Assembly: GCA_015058155.1 (NCBI GenBank)
Contig: SVCW01000006.1
Span: 14,408 to 78,407, forward strand
From: Clostridiales bacterium
GTDB lineage: Bacteria > Bacillota > Clostridia > Peptostreptococcales > Anaerovoracaceae
Reading direction: 5' to 3'
Length of the DNA stretch: 64,000 bases
Each line of letters starts with the position of its first letter. Position 1 is the stretch's first letter. The notes beneath the pieces were generated by a model, which searched no databases, was not told the DNA's origin, and saw only the letters and a program-made list of their open reading frames with translations. Below are positions 17,549 through 26,305 of this stretch, piece by piece. The translations under genes and the position numbers were made by a program.

Positions 17549-18688
17549 TTATTCTGCAAGATTAAGTGAATCCAGAATGTGCTGAGGACCATTTTCAGGA
17601 ATATGTGAAACAGGCTTATTGATAATCATTGATAATGCCTTTTCAGGACAGTTAACAACACAAATACCACAACCCATACAAGTTTCTTCATTTACAACTG
17701 CCTTGCCGTCAACGATCTTGATTGATTCAAAGAACGGACAAAGTTCTGCACACTTGCCGCAGCCGATACATGATTCCTGATCAACAACTGTAACGAATCT
17801 GCTTGGCATGATACCATCCGAGAATTTTTTGTATTCCATAGCAGCCATTCTCATATCGCAACAGTCAGTACAGCAGTTACAGAATCCGCCACGAACTTCT
17901 CTGCTGTTTCCGATCATATGATAATTAGGCTTGTCTTCAAGCATTTCAAGGTTCTTCATTACTTCTTCCACAGACATATATCTTCCGAGTTCCATGTCTT
18001 CAACGAAGTGTTCTGCAACCTTACCGAACTTTATACAGTGACCTTCTTCAGGAAGTTCACCTTCCCAGGCAACGTCGTCATTTCTCATTACAGTTCTGCA
18101 CATGCATCTTACTGAGCTGATGTGTTCCTGTTCCATGAGAATATCAAGAAGATTTTCACAAGGCATTACGCCAGGAATATCTTTGATAGCCTTCCACTTA
18201 GGAAGAATTCTGAATTCTGCAGGTGGTGCTACGTATTCTTCACCTGCTGCTTCTGCTTCTTTCCATTTAGCACTGTATGCACCGAGATATTCATCAGAAG
18301 TTCTGATACCTTTTACGAGATCAAGGAAACCCTTGCCCCACTTTTTGATGAGCTCAGGATTAACAATACCATAGTCAGCAATGTTCACGATGCTCGCTGC
18401 AAAATTAACTTTACCGTTTGCGTGGTTTTTATGCGCAAGACCTGAAACTATTGATTCTTTTATGTACTTTTCAACTGTCTCGACATCCCAGCCGAGCTTT
18501 TCGGCTATATCTTCTGCAGTTGCAGGATATTCGCAACATACTTTTGCAGCTTCAACCGAAATCATATATTTCAAAAGTCTAGGGACATAGAAATTATCAT
18601 TATCTGCGAGGAATTTAGCCGCAACATCATAGTATTCTTTTTCTACTTTACAATCTACAACATATCCTGGAATTGAGTAATGTGTCAT
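17549..18688 (-). CDS. Cys-rich iron–sulfur protein with two C-terminal [4Fe-4S] ferredoxin motifs (uncharacterised)
   Basis: 379 aa, ~20 Cys: CIGCGKCAELCP and CMGCGICVVNCP; additional clusters FCNCCTDCC, RCMC, VCC; N-terminal HTH-like segment (AEDIAEKLGWDVETVEKYIKE); GGAGG RBS. Confidence 0.6.
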   Translation of the reverse strand: MTHYSIPGYVVDCKVEKEYYDVAAKFLADNDNFYVPRLLKYMISVEAAKVCCEYPATAEDIAEKLGWDVETVEKYIKESIVSGLAHKNHANGKVNFAASIVNIADYGIVNPELIKKWGKGFLDLVKGIRTSDEYLGAYSAKWKEAEAAGEEYVAPPAEFRILPKWKAIKDIPGVMPCENLLDILMEQEHISSVRCMCRTVMRNDDVAWEGELPEEGHCIKFGKVAEHFVEDMELGRYMSVEEVMKNLEMLEDKPNYHMIGNSREVRGGFCNCCTDCCDMRMAAMEYKKFSDGIMPSRFVTVVDQESCIGCGKCAELCPFFESIKIVDGKAVVNEETCMGCGICVVNCPEKALSMIINKPVSHIPENGPQHILDSLNLAE

Positions 18689-18723
18689 ATCTGTAACCTC
18701 CTCATTAATAAAATAACACCATT

Positions 18724-18760
18724 AATCATAATTATACAATTAATGGTGTTTTTCGTCAAT
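18724..18760 (-). promoter_or_regulatory. Sigma-A-type promoter TTGACG-N17-TATAAT embedded in a 12-bp inverted repeat, upstream of the Fe–S/cooC/cooT operon
   Basis: Minus-strand TTGACG (18754-18759) and TATAAT (18731-18736); the repeat AACACCATTAAT…ATTAATGGTGTT spans the spacer and -10, followed by ATTTT. Could also be the terminator of the upstream antiporter. Confidence 0.4.
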
Positions 18761-18784
18761 TATTCAGAATGTATTTATCACATC

Positions 18785-21106
18785 TTAACCGGCATTTTCG
18801 AGAAGACCTCTTTCTATAATCGCATCAGACATCGACTGTGCTCCGAGTACCATCATGATATCATTTTCCATGATAACAAAGTCTTTACCAGGAGTTGCAA
18901 TCGGTAGAAGATTTCTTTCGACGCCTATAATAATTCCATTATAATTATTCACAAACCCACTATCAACTATTGCTGTTTTGTTGAATTCACTATCCTTTGT
19001 GATCGGAATTGCTGCAGTGAAGAGTCTGTTCTGAATCGGAATATTATGTGCCTGCTGAAGATCAATGTACTCTTTGAGTGTAATCATTCCATGATCATCG
19101 ATTATAGCATAGTCTGCTTTATCAAGAAACATCATGTAGGCTTCAATATGCTCCTTAGTACCAAGACCGAAGATAAGATCTTCTTCCTGTATTTTATCAA
19201 GCGCTTTCGGCATATGTAAATGCGTACCATCCTCATGAATAATATCAATGAACTTGATTCCGTATACCCTGCTTGCTATAAAGTCCTTAACCTGTTTTCT
19301 CTTATATATTTTTGTAATCCTGAATCTGAATACATAGAGAATATCGTCAACCCATACAGTATCCTGATTTCCTCTTTCCTTCTTCGCATTATCAAGAATC
19401 TTCTGGTTGAAGTTAGCGAGGAAAGTAGCCTGAAGCTGTGCTGATCTGCCTTTGATGAATCCTGATCTCATTGAGAAGACTACAATTACAAAAGCCACCG
19501 GAATTGAAATATACGCCGGAATCTTTATGTACATGAATACGTTATTGATTGTCAGTACAATAAATAGCGTTGCTACAGCAATCGAAGCACTTCTCAATGT
19601 AAGAAGCGGAAGTATGTTTGCCCTGCTCTTGAGCCAGAGTTTGTTGAAGAGAATACTTCTTTTCGTACACATCATGTTGATAACAGGAATCATCGCCGCA
19701 AAAGCTATAACAACAGTTATCACATTTGCTATAATATCGTTTTCGATATAAAGCGAAAGTGTAGGATTTACATAAGTCTGTGACAAAGTGTATATCGCAA
19801 GAAGAAGTGATGTACCGATAAGAAGCTTTATGAAGTATCTCTTTAAGTAGCCTGACCAGTCACCTTCTCTTTCATGTTCAGCCTGATTATCAGAAGTATG
19901 ATTTGCAAGGAATGCTCTGAATTTGTTCGGCATCTTGAGATAAAGCTTTTTCGATACTTTTTCTCCGCTCTTTATAAAAATAGGTGTTGTGAAAATCGTA
20001 ATTACTGAGACGCATACTACAATCGGATAGAGGAAATCGCTTGTTACACCAAGTGAACTTCCAAGTGATGCGATAATAAATGAAAACTCACCGACCTGTA
20101 CCATCGAGAAACCTGTCCTTACAGCAGTTTCAAATGGCTGACCTGAAAGAAGTGCACCGATTGACGAGAATGTCATCTGTCCGATAACAGTAATAACACT
20201 GATAAGAAGAATCTGTGCCCAGTACTTAAGTAGCATATCCGGCTCGATAAGCATTCCTACTGATACAAAGAATACTGCTCCGAAAAGATCCTTCAAAGGC
20301 TTTACAAGGTGTTCGATTCTTTCGCCGAGTGATGTGCCTGCAAGAATTGAACCTGCAAGGAACGCTCCGAGGGCTTCAGAAAAACCTGCGTTTATGCAGA
20401 TTACTACCATTAAGAAACAGAAACCGAGAGAAACGATCATGAGAATTTCATCGTTTACGTCTTCTTTAACTTTGTTGAGGAGTGTAGGTACAACATAAAT
20501 ACCGACACATAAAATAACAACAAGTACGAGAAGCATCATTCCGATTTCACCTGCGAGTGCTCCGCCCGAAACGCCCTGGCTGACTGATACAGCAGTCAGA
20601 ATAATCATCATGAATACACCTACGATATCTTCTATTACCAGAGCCCCCAGCGTCAGCTGAGCAAAAGGATGACTCTTAAGATTCATTTCGTCGTAAGCCT
20701 TCATAATAATCATAGTTGAAGACATGGATAACATACTACCCAGGAATACGCTGTCCATGGTACTCCAACCGAGTGCGGAACCTACTCCATAGCCCACTGT
20801 AATCATGGAACCCATAACTACAAGAGCCGTGATTATTGCACTACCACCAACTTTTGCGATGTTATGGAAACTGAATTCAAGTCCGAGAGCAAACATAAGG
20901 AATATGATTCCTATATCCGCCCAGAGATCGATATTTTCAATATCTGTTGCAGTTGGCAGTAATAAAAAATTCGGGCTTATTAAAAAGCCCGCTAAAATAT
21001 ACCCGAGTGCTACGGGTTGATTGATTTTTTTAAAGATAACAGTAACTACACCGGCTGTTACAAGAATAAGAGCCAGGTCAACAATAAAATGACTGATGTG
21101 GTTCAA
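18785..21106 (-). CDS. CPA2-family cation:proton antiporter fused to extra TM segment and two RCK_C (TrkA-C) domains
   Basis: 773 aa; N-terminal ~390 aa Na+/H+ exchanger fold, central extra TM helices, two C-terminal TrkA-C-like domains. Confidence 0.8.
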   Translation of the reverse strand: MNHISHFIVDLALILVTAGVVTVIFKKINQPVALGYILAGFLISPNFLLLPTATDIENIDLWADIGIIFLMFALGLEFSFHNIAKVGGSAIITALVVMGSMITVGYGVGSALGWSTMDSVFLGSMLSMSSTMIIMKAYDEMNLKSHPFAQLTLGALVIEDIVGVFMMIILTAVSVSQGVSGGALAGEIGMMLLVLVVILCVGIYVVPTLLNKVKEDVNDEILMIVSLGFCFLMVVICINAGFSEALGAFLAGSILAGTSLGERIEHLVKPLKDLFGAVFFVSVGMLIEPDMLLKYWAQILLISVITVIGQMTFSSIGALLSGQPFETAVRTGFSMVQVGEFSFIIASLGSSLGVTSDFLYPIVVCVSVITIFTTPIFIKSGEKVSKKLYLKMPNKFRAFLANHTSDNQAEHEREGDWSGYLKRYFIKLLIGTSLLLAIYTLSQTYVNPTLSLYIENDIIANVITVVIAFAAMIPVINMMCTKRSILFNKLWLKSRANILPLLTLRSASIAVATLFIVLTINNVFMYIKIPAYISIPVAFVIVVFSMRSGFIKGRSAQLQATFLANFNQKILDNAKKERGNQDTVWVDDILYVFRFRITKIYKRKQVKDFIASRVYGIKFIDIIHEDGTHLHMPKALDKIQEEDLIFGLGTKEHIEAYMMFLDKADYAIIDDHGMITLKEYIDLQQAHNIPIQNRLFTAAIPITKDSEFNKTAIVDSGFVNNYNGIIIGVERNLLPIATPGKDFVIMENDIMMVLGAQSMSDAIIERGLLENAG

Positions 21107-21131
21107 TAGGCAGCCTCCTTACTAGTTATTT

Positions 21132-22823
21132 TTACATTGCTGCTGGTGCCTTCTTATTATCGAAGTCTGCAAGAATAATCTGTGCAATATTTGTGCAGCT
21201 GTCACCAATCTTTTCGATGTTGTGAATAATATCAGTATAAATAACAGTGAATTCAGGTGAGCACTTACCTGATTCAAGACGCTTCATATGCATACCTCTG
21301 AGTCTGATTTCGTTTGCATTTACCTGTTCTTCCTGTTCAAGAATATCCTGAGCAAGCTTCAAATCTCTTGTTTCGAACATCTTGATAGTATCCTTGATCA
21401 TTCTTGTTACCTGATCAAAGCTTTCGTAGATTTCAGCATAAGCAGAATCTGAGAAATCATATCCTGTTGCAATCTTTTCATTTGCAAACTCTGCAATGTT
21501 CTTGCAGTAGTCACCGATATGTTCTATATCTCCGGCAATATGAAGAAGTCCTGATAATTCCTTTGACTGATAAGCTGTAATAGTATCATTCTGGAACATT
21601 GATGAAAGATACTTCGATGTTGCGCCCTGAAGTGAATTTACGATATCTTCAAGTTCAAAAACTCTTGCTGAAGCTTCAGCATCCGCATCAATAAATGCCT
21701 TCTTTGCTTCATCAACCATCTTAAGAGCAAATTCACCGATTCTTGAGATTTCCTTACAAGCGAGATGAATAGCAAATACAGGCTGATCTACGATATTGAA
21801 ATCGAGATAGATAGGAGCATTCGGAGTCTTTTCTTCTCCTTCCTTTTCCTTAATTACAAACTCTACGAGTTTTACAAGAAGTCCTATACAAGGCAGGAAA
21901 ACAAGTACTGCAATGATATTGAAACACATATGTGCGTTTGCAATCTGTCTTGAAATAACATCAAGCTCTGCACCTGAAGGTGAAATTGCTGTAATAAGCA
22001 TAGCGTATGGCTTGAGGAAAACAAGACAAATAACTGAACCTACTACATTGAAGCATGTATGAGCAAGTGCAGTACGCTTGGCAGGAGTTGAAGCTCCGAT
22101 TGCTGCAAATGCCGCTGTGATAGTAGTTCCGATATTTGATCCGCAGAGAATCGGGATTGCTCCTGCAAGACCGATAACACTGCTTACACCGTCAGGACCT
22201 GCCTGCGATGCAAGGTTCTGTATAACAGCTATAACAGCCGATGAAGACTGTACAACCGCTGTAGCAATAGCTCCGATTACCGCACCTACGATAGGTGAAT
22301 CAGATACGTTGAGCATAAGTTCAGCGAACTGAGGAGTAGCTGCGAGCGGTTTCATTGTGTCACCCATGATATTTATACCGACAAAGAGTAAACCGAATCC
22401 GAATAACGTCTGTCCTACATTAACAATACTTTCTTTTTTACCGAGGAAGAAGTACATTACAAAACCAATTACTACAAACACCCATGCATAATCACCGATA
22501 TCAAAAGCGATGAGCTGAGCTGTAACTGTAGTACCGATGTTTGCTCCAAGGATAATGCTGACAGCCTGACGAAGTGTCATAAGTCCTGCACTTACAAAAC
22601 CGATTACCATTACCGTAGTCGCTGAACTTGACTGGAGAACTGCAGTAACGATTGTTCCTGCAAGTACACCGATTACAGCATTTTTAGTAAGCATTGCGAG
22701 AATCGCTCTCATTTTCTCGCCTGCTGCCTTCTGGAGGCCGTCACTCATGAGGTTCATACCATAAATAAATACGCAGAGACCTCCAAACAAAGTTATTGCA
22801 ATCTGGAATGCTTCGGAATTCAT
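21132..22823 (-). CDS. Na/Pi-cotransporter family protein with C-terminal PhoU-like domains
   Basis: 563 aa; duplicated NptA-like motifs (QSSSATTVMVIGF / QSSSAVIAVIQNL), C-terminal PhoU-like helical repeats. Confidence 0.85.
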   Translation of the reverse strand: MNSEAFQIAITLFGGLCVFIYGMNLMSDGLQKAAGEKMRAILAMLTKNAVIGVLAGTIVTAVLQSSSATTVMVIGFVSAGLMTLRQAVSIILGANIGTTVTAQLIAFDIGDYAWVFVVIGFVMYFFLGKKESIVNVGQTLFGFGLLFVGINIMGDTMKPLAATPQFAELMLNVSDSPIVGAVIGAIATAVVQSSSAVIAVIQNLASQAGPDGVSSVIGLAGAIPILCGSNIGTTITAAFAAIGASTPAKRTALAHTCFNVVGSVICLVFLKPYAMLITAISPSGAELDVISRQIANAHMCFNIIAVLVFLPCIGLLVKLVEFVIKEKEGEEKTPNAPIYLDFNIVDQPVFAIHLACKEISRIGEFALKMVDEAKKAFIDADAEASARVFELEDIVNSLQGATSKYLSSMFQNDTITAYQSKELSGLLHIAGDIEHIGDYCKNIAEFANEKIATGYDFSDSAYAEIYESFDQVTRMIKDTIKMFETRDLKLAQDILEQEEQVNANEIRLRGMHMKRLESGKCSPEFTVIYTDIIHNIEKIGDSCTNIAQIILADFDNKKAPAAM

Positions 22824-22879
22824 TTTTTTCTCCTTTTAACATTTTACTGTATTTTTCGCGTTAATTTTTAAAATTTTTA

Positions 22880-22930
22880 GAATCTTAACGAAATTTTAAC
22901 ACATAATCATACCGTATAATATTTTAACAG
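22880..22930. promoter_or_regulatory. PhoP-box-like TTAAC(G/A) direct repeats upstream of the Na/Pi cotransporter gene
   Basis: TTAACGaaattTTAACA (5-nt spacer, 22885-22901) plus a third TTAACA at ~22924, in the AT-rich region 60-105 nt upstream of the start codon. Confidence 0.3.
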
Positions 22931-23943
22931 AATAAAGCGTTAAACGCAATATTTTTAATACCAATACCAAAGCTTCCGTCAATATGAATTCTACCCTCCT
23001 GGAAGGATTCCGGATCATAATCAATACTAATTAATTTATCATCAGAACTTACGTTATTATGTACTTTTTCAACTTCTATCCTTTCTGATCCATTCTCGTT
23101 TTCGTGCCCTGAAACATCGTTTACGATTACCGTTATTTCTTTGCTTTCCTTATTAATAATTTTATTAATCATATTTATCATTTTACTGAAATCCATATAA
23201 TTACTTCTTGCATTTTTTACAAGCAGTATATTGTCAGCATATGAAAGTACTGATTTATTGTCGAATACTTTCTCCTTTGGAAGATCGATGATAATCACAT
23301 CGAACAATTCTGAATCAATCATCCATTTAAGAAGCTTATCATGTATTTCTTCCTCACAAAGGCATAACGGATTGATTCCCTCGCCGTAATACGGCGTGTA
23401 ATACTCATCATCTGTTTTAATAAAAAATGATGATGGTACTATTTCTCTGTCTCCGGAATTGAAGCATGTATCATCAGTTAAACGATATAGTAATTTTCTG
23501 AAAGAGCTGCTATTATCTTCTACACATACGTCAGGAAATAGTGAAAAAGAAATAATGCATGTTTTCTTATCGTAGTATAAAGACATCTCTTTACCAAGAG
23601 CCTTTGATATCGATGTCACACCTGCCCCGCCTTCACATCCCATTACGGTAATTATCCGCGTATCAGATTTCGAATGATTTGAATGATTTTTCACAGTAAT
23701 TTGAAAACTATTAACAACTACTTCATTGACTTCAGAAAAAGAAGTATACGCTTCAAAAATTTTAACCTTATCACTCAGTAAAACATCAGTTTTGTCAGTA
23801 ATGACAAATCCGTCAAAACTATGTATACGGTCGTAATCACCGACCGTAATCTCTGCTCCGATTTCCTGAAGCAAGAATGCTTTTGCGAGAGCCTCCCCGT
23901 ATTCTTCATCAGAAAAAGATATCAGTAATTTATATCTGTTCAC
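22924..23943 (-). CDS. TadZ/CpaE-like protein: degenerate receiver-like N-domain plus MinD/ParA-like domain with non-canonical Walker A (orphan)
   Basis: ITVMGCEGGAGVTSIS replaces the GKGGxGK[ST] motif (both Lys absent); Walker-B-like FDVIIIDLP; N-terminal KLLISFSDEEYGEALAKAFLL is receiver-like. Start reassigned to GTG ~23943 with GGAGG RBS (the ORF-track ATG 23994 has no RBS). Confidence 0.45.
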   Translation of the reverse strand: MNRYKLLISFSDEEYGEALAKAFLLQEIGAEITVGDYDRIHSFDGFVITDKTDVLLSDKVKIFEAYTSFSEVNEVVVNSFQITVKNHSNHSKSDTRIITVMGCEGGAGVTSISKALGKEMSLYYDKKTCIISFSLFPDVCVEDNSSSFRKLLYRLTDDTCFNSGDREIVPSSFFIKTDDEYYTPYYGEGINPLCLCEEEIHDKLLKWMIDSELFDVIIIDLPKEKVFDNKSVLSYADNILLVKNARSNYMDFSKMINMINKIINKESKEITVIVNDVSGHENENGSERIEVEKVHNNVSSDDKLISIDYDPESFQEGRIHIDGSFGIGIKNIAFNALFC

Positions 23944-24003
23944 AATAAACCTCCAGTTTCCATATTTTGTAAATATTATAAGGTTTATTTCCATATTTTG
24001 TCA
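23944..24003 (-). promoter_or_regulatory. Intergenic promoter (TTGACA-N17/18-TATAAT) flanked by two copies of 14-mer ACAAAATATGGAAA
   Basis: Minus strand: ttgACAAAATATGGAAAtaaaccTTATAATatttACAAAATATGGAAActggagg…GTG; one 14-mer overlaps the -35, the other the predicted 5' UTR. Confidence 0.35.
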
Positions 24004-24693
24004 ATCAATCATTTCTCTGAGTTTTTTGAGTGCCTGCGAAAGACCGCCTACTTCATCAATAATACCTAGTTTTACGGCTTCTTTTCCAAACAGTACAGTT
24101 CCTACATCATTTGCCATATTATCTGTACAATTCATTCTGCTCACTACTTCCTCTTTTCTTGCTTTTGAATGACTTACGATAAAGTCCACTATTCTGTCCT
24201 GTGTTTTTCTGAGATATTCAAATGTCGGTTCTGCAGTAATCATAAGACCGCTTGTCCTTACAGGATGAAGTGTCATAGTTGCAGTCTCACTTATAAAAGA
24301 ATAATCACTTGCTGCAGCTAGCGGAATACCGATACTGTGTCCACCTCCAAGTACGAGTGAAACTGTCGGTTTGGAGATATTTGAAATCAGTTCCGCAAGC
24401 GCAAGCCCTGCTTCCACATCACCGCCCACAGTGTTAAGAACTGTAAGAAGTCCTTTGATTTCAGGATTCTCTTCTACCATAATCAGTTGCGGAATCAGAT
24501 GTTCATACTTGGTCGTTTTATTATCAGGAGGAAGCACTGTATGCCCTTCAATACTGCCGATTATGCTTATATACTGTATATCACTTCTGAAATTACTTCC
24601 AAGTGTTATAAGGCCGAGCTCACGGAGAATCTCAGATGTGTTTTCCTTTTCTGCCGGAACACCGTTTTCATTATTTAAAATCATATTTATCAC
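24001..24693 (-). CDS. tepA: TepA (translocation-enhancing protein; ClpP/crotonase-fold serine protease family)
   Basis: KTTKYEHLIPQL, LNTVGGDVEAGLALAEL, LGGGHSIGIPLAAASDYSFISETATMTLHPV, close to B. subtilis TepA (YmfB). Confidence 0.8.
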   Translation of the reverse strand: MINMILNNENGVPAEKENTSEILRELGLITLGSNFRSDIQYISIIGSIEGHTVLPPDNKTTKYEHLIPQLIMVEENPEIKGLLTVLNTVGGDVEAGLALAELISNISKPTVSLVLGGGHSIGIPLAAASDYSFISETATMTLHPVRTSGLMITAEPTFEYLRKTQDRIVDFIVSHSKARKEEVVSRMNCTDNMANDVGTVLFGKEAVKLGIIDEVGGLSQALKKLREMID

Positions 24694-24815
24694 CTCTTGT
24701 TAATTAATAAGAATAGTTTTCTACAGTTTACAATTGCTTATCCGAATAATTTAAAATCTTGTGTAATATGATTTAAAGTCAGTGACTTCATAATTGAATT
24801 ACGGGAGGAATCAAA

Positions 24816-25058
24816 GTGAGACTGAGTGAAATCGGTGATAAAGAAATTATTGATATCAGAACAGGAAACAGACATGGCCAGCTCTGGGATGCAGAAATGT
24901 TGTTTGACGAAAAAACAGGTGCAATACAGTCGCTTCTTGTGCCGGATTTTATGGGAACTTCAAGATTCGGTAGAAAATACAGCGAAATGCTTCAGCTTCC
25001 ATGGATCAGTATTCTTAAAATCGGCGGCGATGTAATTGTATTTGAGTCAACATTATAA
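24816..25058 (+). CDS. YlmC/YmxH-family sporulation protein (PRC-barrel)
   Basis: 80 aa MRLSEIGDKEIIDIRTGNRHGQLWDAEMLFDEKTGAIQSLLVP… typical YlmC/YmxH. Confidence 0.8.
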   Translation: MRLSEIGDKEIIDIRTGNRHGQLWDAEMLFDEKTGAIQSLLVPDFMGTSRFGRKYSEMLQLPWISILKIGGDVIVFESTL

Positions 25059-25090
25059 AAGCGCGCATCATACCTGATACGCGCTTGATT

Positions 25091-26254
25091 CTATTTCGCG
25101 AATTCGCTCATTATGCTGTTTGAAACGTCAATTCCTTTAAGTGTAAGAGCGAGTCTTCCTGTTTTGAAATTTTCATCGTCTGTAGTAATATAACCTTCCC
25201 CGACCTGCTTTTTGAGATAGTCAGTCTTATCCTTATAGTAATCAGAAAAAGGAACACCAAATCTATCTTTAAAATCATCAAGCGAAATGCCTTCTGTCAT
25301 TCTGAGACCTGTAAAAACATACTCAAAAATCAAATCATCTTTAGTGCAGACTTCATCTTCCAGTGATGCCAGATTACCTTTTTCAATAGAACTTACATAT
25401 TCATCAAATTCTGAAGTATTGTAAAATCTTCTTCCTTTCGTAAATGAATGTGCTGCAATACCAAATCCGAGATACTCATCCATCTTCCAGTACTTCGTAT
25501 TATGAACTGATTCGCGTCCCGGTATAGCGGCATTTGAAATTTCATAATGATGATATCCTGCTGCCTTTAATAATTCAGCTGCAGTATGATAGCGTTTTCT
25601 GTCGGTTTCATCATCTGCAATATCAAGTTCACCCTTCTTATACATTTCATAAAACTCCGTACCTTCTTCAATCTGAAGACTGTAAAAAGAAATATGATCA
25701 GGTCTTAATGCTACTGCTTCATTGATAGTATTGATCCATATTTCATCAGTCTGAAGCGGCAGTGAAAACATAAGATCAATATTAATATTCTCAAAACCGG
25801 CTTCCCTGGCATCCTTAAATGTCTCAAGAAAAGTATTTCTGTCATGAATTCTTCCAATTGCTTTAAGAACACGATCATCGAGTGACTGTACTCCGATACT
25901 AAGCCTGTTAATGCCTGAAAATCTGTAAATTTCAAGCTTTTCAGGGGTAAGAGTACCAGGGTTCGCTTCTATGGTAATTTCTTGTTTAATACAGTTATTA
26001 AATTTATTTTTGATAATTTTCAATACTTCTTCTATCCATTCTGCCGGAACGATAGTCGGTGTACCACCACCAATAAATATTGTGTCTATTTCATAGTCTT
26101 CATACTCATGCGCCCTCATTTCGACTTCCTTGATAAGAGCATCAAAATAGATTCTCCAGTCCCTGTGACTGCAGTTGTCAAATGATACAAATCCGCAATA
26201 TTTACACTTTCTCTGGCAGAAAGGTATATGTACATAAATTCCTAATTTCTTCAT
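25091..26254 (-). CDS. hemW: Radical SAM heme chaperone HemW (HemN-like)
   Basis: YVHIPFCQRKCKYCGF (CxxxCxxC), HemN C-terminal domain. The ORF-track start is TTG; ATG at ~26254 has a GAAGG RBS. Follows lepA as in Bacillus. Confidence 0.9.
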   Translation of the reverse strand: MKKLGIYVHIPFCQRKCKYCGFVSFDNCSHRDWRIYFDALIKEVEMRAHEYEDYEIDTIFIGGGTPTIVPAEWIEEVLKIIKNKFNNCIKQEITIEANPGTLTPEKLEIYRFSGINRLSIGVQSLDDRVLKAIGRIHDRNTFLETFKDAREAGFENINIDLMFSLPLQTDEIWINTINEAVALRPDHISFYSLQIEEGTEFYEMYKKGELDIADDETDRKRYHTAAELLKAAGYHHYEISNAAIPGRESVHNTKYWKMDEYLGFGIAAHSFTKGRRFYNTSEFDEYVSSIEKGNLASLEDEVCTKDDLIFEYVFTGLRMTEGISLDDFKDRFGVPFSDYYKDKTDYLKKQVGEGYITTDDENFKTGRLALTLKGIDVSNSIMSEFAK

Positions 26255-26305
26255 ATTAACCTTCGTAAGATAAAAGGCAGCAAACAAAGTTACTGCCTTG
26301 AGAAT

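Noticed and set aside
23944-23994. ORF-track ATG start (23994) of the TadZ-like gene
   Set aside because: It sits inside a duplicated 14-mer with no RBS. The in-frame GTG at ~23943 has GGAGG-N6.
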